The notes under the pieces were generated by a model. It had not been told where the DNA came from. It did not search any database and saw only the letters and a program-made list of their open reading frames with translations. A program made the position numbers and the translations under genes. Below are positions 48,700-62,910 of a stretch of DNA of 64,000 nucleotides, piece after piece. The stretch is from assembly GCA_973895155.1 (NCBI GenBank), contig OZ316899.1, positions 1,759,573-1,823,572 on the forward strand. Reading direction: 5' to 3'. Numbering within the stretch: position 1 is the stretch's first letter; each line of letters opens with the position of its first letter. The DNA is from Marsupella aquatica (lineage: Eukaryota; Plantae; Marchantiophyta).

Positions 48700-51407
48700 C
48701 CAAGCCGTGGAGGAGGTGGTAGAAGGCTACGACAATGATGACTCCGGCTACGGGTTGGACCATCATGTTCTAGGAGTAAGGACCTATGGCAGGTTCATCC
48801 CCACTCTTCCAAGAGTAGTTTGAGGGGACCCCACCCAACAGAGCAGCCCCGAGTCTCCCCCACCAGATGTCGCACCCCCGAGCTTTGACGGCATAAAATA
48901 GATGGCACAAGAGTTTGAGGAGTGACTCAGGGAGGAAGAGAGGGCAGCCCTGGCTAGGGAGAAAGATTTATCAGGGGGAGAATGGCAAGAGCACATCAGG
49001 CGGCTTGCAGAAAAACAAAGCAGCCCTCCAGCCACGATAGAAGAAATCCGCAAGTTGGGAACAAAGGCCGGGATGGTTGATGCCGATGACTTCTACTCAC
49101 TCCACCTATGCTAAAGAAAGAGGCATGGAGTACGGGGAGATGTGTGGGGAACTTGCACTCATCATCTTTGGGGAGGAGTTGGACCAGGGACCCTTTTCCA
49201 GAGGGAGATGTTGGAGAAGCGCCGATTAGAAGAAGCGGTGGCTTTGGAGAGAAGCAAGAAGGACGAGGTCATCCGTCGGCTTAGGGCAAGGGAAGCCGAG
49301 GTAGAAGACCTGAAGGCGGCCAAGAAAGCCCAAGATGAGCTGCGGATTAAGCGGCATGAGCTAAACATCATGCAGGGGCAATTGGATACCGTGCAGTCTG
49401 ATAATCAGATTATCAAGGATAAACTGACTCGGACCCAAGGAGAGTTGGCCGATGCGATCAAGGAGAAGGAGAAGTGGAAGCGAGAGCTCAGAGATGCAGA
49501 GGAGGCCCACATAGCAGCCAACAACCAGGCCATGGTGGAGACGTAGAGAAGGGAGAGGGCATTGAAGGGGGAGCTCGAGGATATCCGCGGAGCCCTTGAG
49601 CAGAAGGAGGCCGAGTTAGGGAAATCCTATCAGGCGATTGTGCTACGACAGGAGCTTGCATCCCTGACGGCCAGCTTCAAGGCCGACCTCCGTGAGAAAG
49701 ACGACCAGCTTGACCAGACTTATGCCAAGATGAATAAAATGGAGTTTGAGGTCGTAACGGAGCTTGACAAGGAGCTAAGAGCAACCCAAGAAGAGAGGGC
49801 TACCTTAAAAAAGGAGCTAGAGGAAGCCCAGAGAGAGTTGGAGGAAGCCCAGAAGGAGCTGGAGGAGGCGTGCAAGGACCTGGACAAATTGCAAGAGGAG
49901 TTGGAGGAAAGCACGCGGAAGATGGAGAACTTACAGTGGCGAGCCGACAACCAAACGGAGCGGCTGAAGAAACAAGCTGCAGTATTTAAGTGCTTGGCTT
50001 CCTCAAGTCCAACTCCAATAGGGGCAACCAAGTTGCCAGGAGTAGTACTGGCCAAAGGACAAGCCGAGACACTCGCACCGGTGCCGGAGGTAAGTGGCAA
50101 GGGGAAGGGACCAGCTGCCGAAACAGGGAAGAAGAAAAAGCAAAAACCTTTTGGGTCAGGGAGTAACACGGCTTCTCAAGCCGTCGTGACCAAGGAGTTA
50201 AACCCGGCACCAACCTTAGGCAAGGTCACGGCAAAGGATCCAACTGTCCTACAAGGCGGGGATGGCAAGGGCGAAGCCGGAATGCTCAGTGATGAGGCGG
50301 TATACCAAATCCACCACTAGAGCAGGCCCGGGAAGCCATAGCCATATCGGAGGCCGTGGCCGATGTTGAGGCTGAAGCCGAGGGGGGACCCAATCAGGCC
50401 GATGGAGAGTTGACTCGGTCCGGAGCAGGTAATCTGTCAGAGGATGCGCCTATGGTAGTGGCTGCGGAAGAAGTGTTGGGGGCGTCCATTGAGGATCAGC
50501 CACCACTACCATGACGGTGGTGGAGGGCCGCTCCTTTTAAGGAGGGCGGACGTGGAGGGAGAGGCATGAGTGGGCAGGGCGGGCTCAGATCTCCAAGTTT
50601 AGAATTAGGATCAGGACCGGGAGGCGGCCCTGACACTTAGCTTAGTGGGATTGCAGATCCACTGGTAAGAGCAACACTTGTGCTCCTGCCTCGCTGTACA
50701 TAGGTAGATTACGAACATGTTAGATTAGGCTTACGCTGCAAGGAATTGGGTGGATCCACTGCCAGGATAAGTACCTGGGCAGCGGGGGGTTCAGGGCCTT
50801 CTTCCTTAGCAAGTTTTTAGTGCACCAGCAGGGCTGGGATCAAGTAGTTAAAGAAGCTCTCGGTTAGTTATGATGTGACCCTTGTGTATATTCATGTTTC
50901 CTCATACCTAAGAGATGAATAGAGTTGGCCTCACGGCTTAGTTCGCAGATCTTGTGTATGAGAAGTACTGCTTGTATGGCAAGTGCATGGTATAACTCAG
51001 TCAGAAGGAGTCATTTTGCTATTTGTGTGTCGCATTAACTTGTTTGAAGATTTCCCACATCAACCAAGAAGGGAGTAAGCAAGGTAGTAAGAGTTGGATG
51101 TGTCGAGCTGAGAGAGGTCTTAGCGGCTTACCCAAGCCAGTTGGGGATCATTCCGGTGGCGGAATCCAAACATACCTAAAGGAAGACCAGGAGAGGAGGA
51201 CAAGGGAAGACATAGAAGAGGCCGGCTATGTATCTCATGACCCGATGAAGGATCTGTCCAGTATATGTGTGTAAAATGTTAGTAGAAGGAAGTTAGCAGC
51301 GTCCCATGCCGCTAAGCCGCAAAACCGGCCTCGCCAAGAGAAAAACCTGCAGGAATCGGCTTGTGCAGGGGGGTTCTTGGGTTCAGGGAGCCAGTGGACG
51401 CACCACA
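48700..51407 (+). mobile_element. Older giant-LTR Gypsy: 5' LTR, right part
   Basis: Resumes after TSD GTAGT; decayed coiled-coil ORFs 49142-50320; ends GCACCACA. Confidence 0.88.
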
Positions 51408-51411
51408 TTTT

Positions 51412-51428
51412 TGGCGCTAGATGGAGGG
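51412..51428 (+). promoter_or_regulatory. PBS of the older Gypsy
   Basis: TGGCGCTAGATGGAGGG, identical to 37813-37829. Confidence 0.75.
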
Positions 51429-51475
51429 GGCATTTCTTAAGTCGTGAGATATGAAGTTAGGAAGCAGCGTAGGTA

Positions 51476-52633
51476 ATGACTGAACCTACGCCGAGGGAGG
51501 AAAGAGCGATTCAACGGGAGAGAGTTCGTCTGCAACAGCTCACTGGGTGGCATGACACACAGCGACTGAGAGGGGCAGAAAGAGCTAGTAGCTCCAAAAT
51601 TGAAAGTGGCATCGAAGAAGAAATACTAGAAGAGGAGTCCGTAAGGAGAAGTGAGTCCATTACCGACATGGGGGAACCGGAGGCACGGCCAGAAGAGAGG
51701 CTAGGAACCAGACTGAGCCAAAGGTCGCGCATTCATTACAAGGCATTTCATGGGAGAGGAGATGAGGATCCAGACGAATGGTTGGATGACTTTGAGGGAA
51801 CCGCTGTAGCAAATGGAGAATCAGCCATCAAGATGCAGATTCTTCTTGGCCTGTTCAAGGGTGAGGCAAGGCCTTGGTACAGAGCACTGGATGTGGAAGA
51901 TCAAGCCATCTGGCATACCTTCAAATCACTATTTGTCAAGGAGTTTTGACCCATTGGAATCTCAGAGCTAGCAGTGTTGAAGTTGGGACGACTTTGGTTC
52001 AAGGAGAACAAATCCTTTAGGAAGTTCTTGCAATGCTTTCAAAAGCTGGTAAGACGTACAAAGACCAATGCATCTGAAGGTATGCAACTTCAATGGTTGG
52101 TGAATGCTTTACCACAGAAGATGAGTTTTGCAATTAGGAAGGAAAACCCAGAGACTTTAGCCGAGGCAATTAGGGATATTCAATTGTACATTAATGCAGA
52201 TATCACAAGCCAGAAGAAATAGCTCAAGTCTGAGAGTTCCTCATCGGAGGAAGGATCACCACATAAGAAAAAAGATAAGAAAAAGAAACATTCTAAGAAG
52301 TCAAGAAGTGATAACTCAAGCTGGGATAGTGGAAGTAGCAAGAGTGAGTCATCTTCTAGTTTTGAAGAAGAAAAATCTAGGAAAAAGAAGGGCAAAAGGA
52401 GGGGGACGTTGAAAGTCAAGCTAGAGGCTAAAACGCCAGATAACATTGTAGCTCTTACCGAGCAGCTTAAGGGTATAATAGCAAAGCTAAAGCCAAAGAA
52501 GAAAGTAGTACTTGAAGATAGCTCTGTATGGTGTGCCTTATGTTATAAAACCGGACACCATAAAGATGCATGTCCTAAACTCACTACTACTCATGTTTGG
52601 CATATAGCTGAGGTCAGACCGTGTCAAGGAGAA
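51476..52633 (+). pseudogene. Older Gypsy gag, 5' part
   Basis: Colinear with 37878 onward; stops at 51947 and 52220; first CCHC knuckle. Confidence 0.9.
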
Positions 52634-54589
52634 AGTGGTGGACCTCGCCACCCAGCGCCCTCACCAATCCCAACACTCACGCCTAAGTGCCCTTGGTGTC
52701 CGAACGCCTCCATGGAATACCTTGAGCAAGCACCAAAGTGCCTCTTCCACCACCAGCGGCCCCTCCAATACTAAGCCGCACTTGCTCACCTACATGACCG
52801 CTACTCAACAATCCCCATTGTCTGCACAAGCAACCAAGCACCTCGGTAAGTAACCCCTCAGGATCTAGAACTTCCCAAGTCTAGCATCCTAACTCAAACT
52901 CAATAGACGTTGGTAAATAGGTCAGCGATAGGTCCTCCCGACGCCATAAGCCGGAACTAGAACCCACGCACACTGTCCATCTAGAACAGTTCCTTCCTTG
53001 GACGCGGGCCGGGTTCCCCCTCGTACCTATCCATCACCAACTGATCGCCCTGACCCCAGGACATGCTCATGGCCCAAATAGCGTAGCTTGTCCCAAAACG
53101 TCCGGACCAGAATGACCCCGACTCTAGCAACCGCTCCTGGTTTTCCCCACTGGTGGTCTAGGGGCCGATCACCCTTGGAACTCAGCCTCCACACCTACTT
53201 GGCCTTGCCTCCCCAACGCAAGCTCCCTTGGGAGACTGAACACCGCTTGGCTGTTGTTTGGCAGGATTCGGCAAGCGGGCGAGCTAACACCTGCAAACCA
53301 CAAGAACCCACGGCACCCCTAGACCCACCTGATCTCAAGAGGACATAGCCCTCCTCAAGAGCTTTCCAACGCACCCAAGAAGTCCTCCAACGGACTTCCC
53401 GTTGGGAAGATATCGCCATTTCCGTTTGGCGGTTTCCCTTAGTGTCGTGACCGCCGCGGCTCACGACTTCGGCTCGGCCTTAGCCCCCAGGGAGACACCA
53501 ATCCCCTCATATATGCTTCTGGAGACCTACCACCCCCGGACCAGCTTTGGTCCCTAAACATTTGGCCCCCAACCCGGATCCCATCGCGCATAATGGGCGC
53601 GCCACCAACTGGCAATGCCCCATAACTTTCTTGACAGGCATCCGCAAGCTAAGTGCCTTAGCCCGTTGTGACCGGGCCGACCCAGTGGTCATGCCTAGGC
53701 CCTCAGGTCTGATCGCCGCTCGGGGCCCCCGACCAGCCCAACCTGGATCGGGCCACAACTTGCGCCTCAAGCGTCCGTTGCCAATGGCGTCAACTCCATT
53801 GGCCTTGGGCCCAAGAGGAGCTCACTCCCAAGCCCTCATAACTCAAAGTCCATCCAAAGGTCCGGACGGCCATCCTTGAGCCCGGCCCATTTCCCCTTGA
53901 CCCGACCAGCCATACGCTAGTCCAAGTCCTTAGGGTGTGTCCCCACCCTAAACCCCTTGCCTCGCCAATGCCACGTCTCATTGCCCACAAGTCTCCCCAT
54001 GCTAAGTCCTCCCCGGATGGCCTATCCGGGCCTGGACCATAAGGGAGCTCGGCGTCGGAGTCAGTGACGCCGGAGCTAATTGTTAAGGTATTCGAGTTCC
54101 GCAACTTGCACCCCCCCTTAAAAATGGTCACATCCATGTGACCTCAGTAAACGCTCCAACACGCCTAGACCACTTTGGGCCTTAAAAATTTTATGCGGTA
54201 ACAAATGGTTTGCCCATAAGGCTGATGCAAACCAGGTTGGTATGCGCATTCCAAACTTAGGAAATTCCAACCTATCCCACTTATCCAAGTAGGATGCCAG
54301 TCCAAACGACTAAGCTAACTCCAAACTCGTCGAACCCATTGTCCTCCCCTTGGGGCGCTCCCCTTTGGTTTGAACTAGCCCGCCCACAGATGTAGGGCGG
54401 GCACCATCAACTTCCACTCGCAAAAAGCAAATTGGCCGCCCAACAACCTCTAGGACCAACGCAATCCGACTTTATCCTTAAGAGGCCGAGAGGAGTGAAA
54501 CTAGGATACAACTCACAAAGGTAGCTACAGCTGCCTGTACTAGTTCACAACGGCGATAGGCCGCTTCGCTTACGATAGCTTTGAAGGAT

Positions 54590-57500
54590 CTATGAGGCAT
54601 TACTCAAATTTTCTTCCGATTCCCAAGTGTTCTCGACCTGATCATAGCCAGCCCACTTCACCAAATACTCTAAGATTTGCCTTCCCAACTTGCGTTTGTA
54701 ACGTTGGTCCAGAATTGCCTCCACCTCAAACTCCTCAGCGTCCTCCACCAGCATGGCGTCCGGACGCAAGACCTGATCCCGGCTGGGATCATCGTCTTTG
54801 ACAAACTTCTTGAGCCGGCTAACATGGTAGCTTTTGCCCACACCCATTTCCTTGGGTGTCTCCAACACCACCAAAACCAAATTATCCTTGTGTGCCCATC
54901 GTATAATGCGATAGGGCCCCGCATATCTGGGAGCCAGCTTCCTACTTATGTTCCCATGGTATTGCTCAGGTCTCAACTGCAACCAGACGCTCTCCCCAAT
55001 TTCAAACCTTACCTAGCATCGATGTTTATCCCCTTGCTCCTTGTACCGACTTTGGGCAAGGGTCATACCCTTGGTAGCCGCTTCCACAACTAGGCGCCGC
55101 TCTCAAATAAAATTGTCCGCAGAAGGAACCTTGCTTTCTGTCCGCCAAGCTTCCGGATTTATAAACCAGGAGGGCGCCCTTGGCGTCCTCCCTGTGGCCA
55201 ACACAAACGGCGCAAACCCCGTCGCCGAATGCTTGGTCGAGTTATATCTAAACTCGGCCATTGTTAAATGCTTCGCCCAATCCTTTTGATTGGCCGTCAC
55301 AAAGTGACGCGGGTAGTCCTCCACAATACCATTAACCCGTTCCGTTTGGCCATCTGTCTCGTGATGATACGCTGATCCCCTAGTCAGGTCTGTTCTGGAT
55401 AACCGGAACAACGCCTTCCAGAAATGGCCCGTGAACTTGGTATCGCGGTCGAACACGATATGCAACGGCAATCCCCATTGTCGGAAGACATTGTCAAATA
55501 CTAGACCGGCAATCTCTCGAGCCGAAACCATCTTCATAGTAGGCAAGAAATACGCCATCTTGGAAAAATGATCCATGATTGTTAAGATGGAGTTACTGCT
55601 GTGGGACTCAGGTAACCCAATAATGAAGTCCATGGAGATAGACTCCCATGGAGCCGCAGCTACTGGGTAAGGGTTGTAGTAGTCCTCCGTTTGCCCTATA
55701 GACCATTTGGTTCTTTTGGCATGAGTAACAACTTTGCACGTGTTGAAGGACCGATTGCTTCATGTCCTGCCAATACACATCTCGTGACATGCTGCAATAC
55801 GTAGTGGCTTGTCCTCCATGCCCTCCCCAGAGCGAGTCGTGATACTTTTGCAGAACCTCTAACCTTAGAGACTCGGGTATGTACACACGCCTCTGCTTGT
55901 ATCGCCATAACTGGACATTATGCGTCTTATCCAACCCCAACGATACGTGCTTTACCTTGCCTTGGCTACCCCCATTACTTTGCCATTCCTTAGCTAACCT
56001 GTCATCCCATACGCTACGGCCAGAACCTTTGGCCACTCGGATTCAAGCATCGTGATCCCATTGACACGATGTTGGTCCTTACGCGATAACGCGTCCGCTA
56101 CCATATTTGTCTTCCCTGGAACGTGGCGGACTTCAAAATTGAAATCCGCCAAGAACATCTGCCAGCGCATTTCCTTGGGGTTTAGCCTTGGCCTAGAACT
56201 GAAGTACCCGGCCGGCGAGCTATCTGTGCGGATTACCACTTTGGGACCATTCTTAAGGTAAATCTCCCACTTCTTCAACGCATAGATCACAGCATACATT
56301 TCCCTTTCTGGCGTGATCCAGTGATTTTCCAACTTACATGACTCAAAGGCCACAGGACGCCCATCTTGGTGAAGACAGACGCCAATGGCATAATCACTTG
56401 CGTCTGTCCAAATCTCGAACGGCTTCCCCATCTCAGGTAACTTTAGAACCGGCGGCGTTATCATTAACCTCTTAAGTTCTAGGAATGCTAACTCGCAATC
56501 CTGTGTCCACACAAACACTTTGTTTTTCAACGTTAGCGCGTTTAGGGGCCTCATGATCCTTGCATAGTCTTTCATGTATCTCCAATAGAACCCCATAAAT
56601 CCTAAGAAGGCTCTAACTTGCCTTACATTGGATGGGCGCTCCCATTCTTTGATCTCCTTAAGCTTGTCTTGACTAGGCGTAATCCCTTCCGGGGTAAAGG
56701 TATGGCCGAGGAACTGAATCTTGTTCATCACAAACTTGCACTTGCTAGGTTTAGCAAAGAGACAAGCCTTACAAAGGCGAGAGAACACTTCTCTGAGCAA
56801 TTGCTCATGTTCCTCCAACGTTTTTGAGTAGATTAGGATGTTGTCAATAAAGACGACCACTCCTTGGTCCAACAAGTCATGAAAGATGGTATTCATCATC
56901 TTCATGAACGTTGCGGTTGCATTACACAACCCGAACAGCATAACCAAAAACTCATAGGATCCAAACCTTGTGAAAATTGCGGTCTTATACTTGTCTCCCT
57001 TAGCCATGTGGATTTGGTAATACCCAGACCGCAAGTCCACCTTTGAAAACTTCTTAGCCCCAGAGAGGCAATCAAAGAGGCGAGCAAAGAGGTCATCCAT
57101 ATGAGGTAACGGGTACTTGTTCTTTATTGTCTGCTTATTGAGGGCCCGGTAATCTGCACACAATCTCAAAGTACCATCCTTTTTGGACACAAACAGCGCG
57201 GGTGCCCCGTAAGGACTCTTACTAGGGTGAATGAACCCTTGGTTGATCAACTTTCCAAGGCATTCTTCAACATCATTTGCTCGTTCAGGTTCAGACGATA
57301 AGGAGCTTTAGCCTGAGGAGCCAATCCCGGCTCCAACTCAACTTGGTGATCCACTTCTCTCCGCGGGGGTAAACCTTTAGGTAGCTTCTCGAGAGCACGT
57401 CGTTGAATTCCTCTAAAATTTCAGGAATTTGACCTTAGCTGACTTGACCTTTGGCTGCGACGCAGCCTCCTTAGTTGGGTGGAGATGAAAGAAGAAACAT

Positions 57501-59662
57501 TCATGTCCACCCTTGAAGTCTTTCCACCATTGCTTCGCCGATACACACGGAGACATCCACGACACTTTACTTACTTTAAGAAATCTTTCTTTATTTTTGG
57601 TAATTTTGTGTACAACGATGGGCTCACCGCCCTTATTGGGAAAATGGAGCACTTCACCCCCCGGTTTCAAGGTAACATTGTGCTTTCTGAGATAACCTAC
57701 CGACAAAATGAAGTCTACGGCTAGACCGTCTAGAACGTAGAACATCCCCTGACTAACAAAATTTTGTTGTTCGCCTATGACCTCTACCCGAAGTCTATGC
57801 ACTACTCTCGACACTATCCCCTTTGCGTCGTTGGCGAACTTGCACACTAACGGTTGTAGCAACTCTTGCACGTCCACCCCAAGACAAGTTGCCGCCTGCC
57901 CACTTATGAAGCAGGCGGTCGCGCCTGTATCCACCAAAGCAACACCCAGATTACCGTTAGAAGTGACATTCACAAAAATCAATTTTTCAGGATCCATTGT
58001 CTTAACTTTAGGTATCTTCTCTTGCAACAACACCCTCTCTCCGTCAGGGACATCCCCTACAGGGACCTTGTCAGCTACTAAGGGTTCGGTTAGAGCAATA
58101 CTTACCTTAATGCTCTTCTGCCCTCCACCATCTCCGTTTGGCTTGCCACCTTTCGTGGAACAAACCTTACTTTGATGGCCCATGTCGCCACATGTGAAGC
58201 ACGAACCTTCAGCCCGCCTCTGCTCCATGGTTGCCTGCTTCTTTGCTTTCTGTGCCGATGAGGCTCCTTTCTTAAAGTTGCCGGCCTTCCGATTTTGCTT
58301 AGCTTCTCCATTCTGGGGCTGGGGATCCGAACCACCGGCCCCCGCCCCCTCAGGTTGCTTACGCTTATTCTTGGGACCTTTCGCTTTCCCAGCTTCCCCC
58401 TCGGATCCCTTGCCACCCACCTTCGCCAAGTCCGGTCGGTTATTCACCAACGTAGTGGCCTCGTCGAAGGCGTCAGAAAGCATTTTGAACTCATGACGCT
58501 TTTCCTACAACTTTTCCCTGAGCAATGGCGGGAGCTTCACGATAAAGTTGTGAAGCTGTGTATGTAGGGTCTCTTGTCCCGCCGGGATACACGCCAACTG
58601 ATTCTGGTAATAAGTGATGAACTTTTGGATATTACCCCTGAAGCTCATCTCCGTTACACATTTTTGGGCGTGCCGCTCCAGGTACTTAGTGGTGACATGA
58701 GCACGGAGACCCTCAACCAGGTTTTCCCAAGTTAACAGCAAGGAGGAGTCATCTTGCGACTTCTTCCATGACTTATACCAAGTCAAGGCATAGTTCTTCA
58801 GGTAAGGAGCGGCTGCGGTAGCCCAAGTGGAATGCTCAACGCACGCTTGGAGATGAATCTCCATCGTGGAGAGCCAACTCAGGAACTTTTGTCCACTTTG
58901 TTTGTAGGCCCCGTCGTAAGTTGGAGGAGTCGGTAGCTAGTTCACTTGGAACATACTTTGTCCAACTACCATTCCCCCCTCGGGACGCGACACACTCTGA
59001 CTACCCAGACTAAGTAAGTACTTAATCTGGGCCCCCTTGTTGTGTTCCAACTGTTCATAGATGAGTCGTTGGTCTTGAGTCAACAGACCCAAACCGTTGT
59101 CAGCGGCCGGGCCCTTGCGGGTTGTATGAGGACGGTCCTCCAACCGTCTTTCCTTTGCGGGCTGCCTGTCCTTAGGTTCTTTTGTGGATTTTGGTGATAC
59201 CCCCCGCGTCTTGCGAGCACCATGACCTCTCGGGACTGAGGTATCACCCGCGTCATCCTAGTTCTGCTTGGCCAAATTATCCACGATGACGTCCGGCTCG
59301 ACATCATCCTCTGGTTCTGCATTCAACCCTCTCAAGACTGGGATCAGTTCCTCCTCTGGGTCCTGACCCTCTTCCTCTGTTTTGGCTTCAGTCTCATCCT
59401 CGCTTCCTTCTGCGTCAGAGTCATCGTCATCCGACCCATCCTCTGAAGGATCAGCCACCTCCTTCCCTTTAAGTCGACGGCGCTCTGCACTTGACATGTT
59501 TGCCGCAGCGGTCAATGGTTTGGCTGTTGCATCTTCTTTGTCCTGCTTATAATGTTCGTCTAGGGAAGTTGACCCGTCCTCCTTCTGTTCATCTTGGACT
59601 TGGGCTCTCCCCTTGGTGGGGGGAGCCTGTTTGCCACTCTTTGATCAAGTGTTTTTAGCCAT
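54590..59662 (-). pseudogene. Chromovirus gag-pol with C-terminal chromodomain, fragmented
   Basis: CFTCGDMGHQSKVC; LVDTGAT; KYPLP/FIDN RT; TDAS/EMYA RH; MDFIIGLP, DGQTERVN integrase; FEVEAILD...YLVKWAGYDQVENTWE chromodomain. Confidence 0.92.
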
Positions 59663-59760
59663 GTTCCTAGCGACCAAATCTGCCCACTGTCGACCGGGCA
59701 TAGACACCGGGCGGGATTCCGATTTAGCACAACCCCGGCCCGGTGTCTATGCCAGCAATC

Positions 59761-59772
59761 GCTCTGATACCA
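59761..59772 (-). promoter_or_regulatory. PBS, tRNA-iMet
   Basis: TGGTATCAGAGC 2 nt from the 5' LTR end. Confidence 0.9.
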
Positions 59773-61278
59773 CAAGTGGTGGACCTCGCCACCCAGCAGC
59801 GCCCTCACCAATCCCAGCACTCGCGCCTAAGTGCCCTTGGTGTCCGAACGCCTCCACGGAATACCTCGAGCAAGCACCCAAGTGCCTCTTGCACCACCAG
59901 CGGCCCCTCCCATACAAAGCCCCACTTTCTCACCTACACGACCGCTACTCAACGATCCCCACTGTCTGCACAAGCAACCAAGCACCTCGGTAAGTAACCC
60001 CTGAGGATCTAGAACTCCCCAAGTCTAGCATCCTAACTCAAAGTAACTCAACAGACGTTGGTAAATGGGTCAGCGATAGGTCCTCCCGACGCCATAAGCC
60101 GGAACCAGAACCCACGCCCACTGTTTGTCCAGAACAGTTCCTTCCTTGGGCACGGCCCGGATTCCCCCTCGTACCTATCCATCACCAACTGACCGCCCTG
60201 ACCCCAGGACATGCTCATGGCCCAAATAGCATAGCTTGTCCCAAAGCTTGTCCTAAGCTTGTCCCAACACGTCGGGACCAGAACGGCCCCGACTCTAGGA
60301 ACCGCTCCTGGTTTTCCCCACTGGTGGTCTAGGGGCCGAGCACCCTTGGAACTCAGCCTCCACACCTACTTGGCCTTGCCTCCCCAACGCAAGCTCCCTT
60401 GGGAGACTGAACACCGCTTGGCTGCTGTTCGGCAGGATTCGGCAAGCGGGCGAGCTAACACCCGCAAACCACAAGAACCCATGGCACCCCTAGACCCACC
60501 TGATCTCAAGAGGACGTAGCCCTCCTCAAGAGCTTTCCAACGCACCCAAGAAGTCCTCCAACGGACTTCTCGTTGGGAAGATATCGCCATTTCCGTTTGG
60601 CGGTTTCTCTTAGTGTCGCGACCATCACGGCTCACGACTTCGGCTCGGCCTTAGTCCCCAGGGAGACACCACTCCCTCATATATGCTTCTGGAGACCTGC
60701 CACCCCGGGACCAGCTTTGGTCCCTAAACATTTGGCCCCAACCCGGATCCCATCGCACATAATGGGCGAGCCACCAACTGGCAGCGCCCATAACTTTCTT
60801 GATAGGCATCCGCAAGCTGAGTGCCTTAGCCCGTTGTGACCGGGCCGACCGAGTGGTCAGGCCTAGGCCCTCAGGTCTGATCGCCGCTCGGGGCCCCAGA
60901 CCGGCCCAACCCAGATCGGGCCACAACTTGTGCCCCAAGCGTCCGTTGCCAATGGCGTCAACTCCATTGGCCTTGGGCCCAAGAGGAGCTCACTCCCAAG
61001 CCCTCATAACTCAAAGTCCATCCAAAGGTCCGGACGGCCATCCTTGAGCCCGGCCCATTTCCCCTTGACCCGACCAGCCATAGGCTAGTCCAAGTCCTTA
61101 GTGTGTGTCCCCAGCTTGGCCCCTTGCCTCGCCAGTGCCACGTCTCATTGCCCACAAGTCTCCCCATGCTAAGTCCTCCCCTAATGGCCTATCCGGGCCT
61201 GGACCATAAGGGAGCTCGGCGTCAGAGTCAGCGATGCCGGAGCTAAGTGTTAAGGTAGTCGAGTTCCGCGACTGAGAA

Positions 61279-61860
61279 GTAGAGTACTTTCTAGGGGATG
61301 CCGCTGATAGTGTTTTTGGCATCAGTGAGACTGGAGCACGAGACCTATCCAACCGACCTGCATCTCTCTTGTCAGGATTAAGGAACAATCCAGGAGAGAT
61401 GTATCCTTGGATTATTTAGAATCCATCAGTACCTCCTAGGTCAAATGTGCAATGATTTGCGGCATGCTATAATTGTGGTCAACCTGGCCATTTTGCTAGA
61501 GAATGCCCAAATGCACGCAAACAAGGTGATGGACAACCAGCTGAGCTATGTATGGGATGCCGCCAGGAGGGTCACATGCTAGGACAATGTCCTACTTGGT
61601 TGGCAGGACTGGCCGCAAATCATAAGCTCTTGCCAGTCAAGGTCTTGCCATCAGGTACTACCCCAGGAGGAGTTCAAATCAACCACATCAAACTCGGATG
61701 GCAAACGGATGCCGAGGCTGAGTTTGGACCATCTGATGATGAGGCCAAGGCCCCATCAACATTTTGAGAAGAGGATTTGGATCATGATTTCTACCGGGTT
61801 TCTACTCAATCCACCAGAAGGAAGGAAAGGTGGGATGGGCTGGCCAAAAATAAAGGGAAG
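61279..61860 (+). pseudogene. Older Gypsy gag, 3' part
   Basis: Resumes gtagagtactttc exactly as at ~39035 in the young copy; second and third knuckles; stops at LINE junction. Confidence 0.88.
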
Positions 61861-62910
61861 ATGACCCTGACTGAGAATGCAGTGATGGACTCTTTGGAGG
61901 GGCGAGGCAAAGCAGACTTTGGGGATTTCTTCCACGATGACATTGGAGAAAGAGATGGGGAGGACATGGTAATTGACCATTTGGCTGTCAAGGACACTCT
62001 GCGCATGCTTGCTTCAACTACCCTTGCTGGTGGACCCTCCACGGCAGGACCCTCTGAACATTCACAATTTGTCGCTCAGGTACGAGCTGAAGAAGCTGAA
62101 GCCTGCATTCCAATCCTGAGGAGGATTGCTGACCTCTTGGTGCAGGATTGGCCTTCCAAACTCCATACTACTATCTCTTGGTCCTTAGAAGAGGCTGCCG
62201 ATACCGTGAAAGAGCTCTTCAACTGTTCTATGATGTGCTACTTTACAGACAGGACTCCGATGCTACCCACCTTTAAATTCTGGGTCACTAATACCTTTGA
62301 GAAGGAATTGCAGTGGCCTGTTACCCAAGTGAAATTTGTGGGGAAAATTTCTATATGGTTGTCTTTCAGCATCCAGAACATCATGACCTGGCGCTGGCTG
62401 CCAGCGCCCCCTGGTTCCTGGACCATAAATTACTGGATAGTTCCAAATAACTTAGTAATCCTTGTTTTCTCTTTTCCTTGGGATCCATCTTTCAATGTGC
62501 GAAACGAATCTTATACGGTGCTCCCTGTGTGGATCGAAATACCATTTAGAGCCCTGGTGCTTGAACCTTGTCGAAGAAAGCTGGCTTCTTCCCTCGGTGA
62601 CATTCTTCACTACATTCAGGGTGACATGCTGAGCTCCTACCCACATGATTGGGCGTGTATACTCTGGGATACCCAAAGAGAGGTGCCTTGGAGTGTTGAG
62701 GTGCAGATCAAGGCAGGTCTTTCAATTTGGCAGCCGGTTGTTTTCAAGAACATTCCTTTTCACTGTTTCCGGTGCCATAAGAAGGGGCACCTTGCACGGG
62801 ATTGCCGTCTACAAAAGACTCCTGCTGCTGATGCCGTGGAGGAGGCAGTGCTGGTCCCGTCCAATCCTAATGATACTGATCCTGCCTCTCAACATGAATT
62901 GGTTTTCTGA
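61861..62910 (+). pseudogene. LINE ORF1 (plant L1-type, RRM-like region plus zinc knuckle)
   Basis: PVWIEIP...LASSLG, CFRCHKKGHLARDC; further fragments to ~63680. Confidence 0.75.

Larger units (their letters stand above)
52634..61273 (-). mobile_element. Chromovirus-type Ty3/Gypsy with AGT...ACT LTR termini
   Basis: LTRs 52634-54106 and 59775-61273; TSD GAGAA 52629-52633 and 61274-61278; PPT taagggggggtgca (54107-54120); PBS TGGTATCAGAGC (59761-59772). Confidence 0.93.

Noticed and set aside
31130-51407. Tandem segmental duplication of a host coiled-coil gene
   Set aside because: All three copies are LTRs, defined by TSD, PBS and PPT
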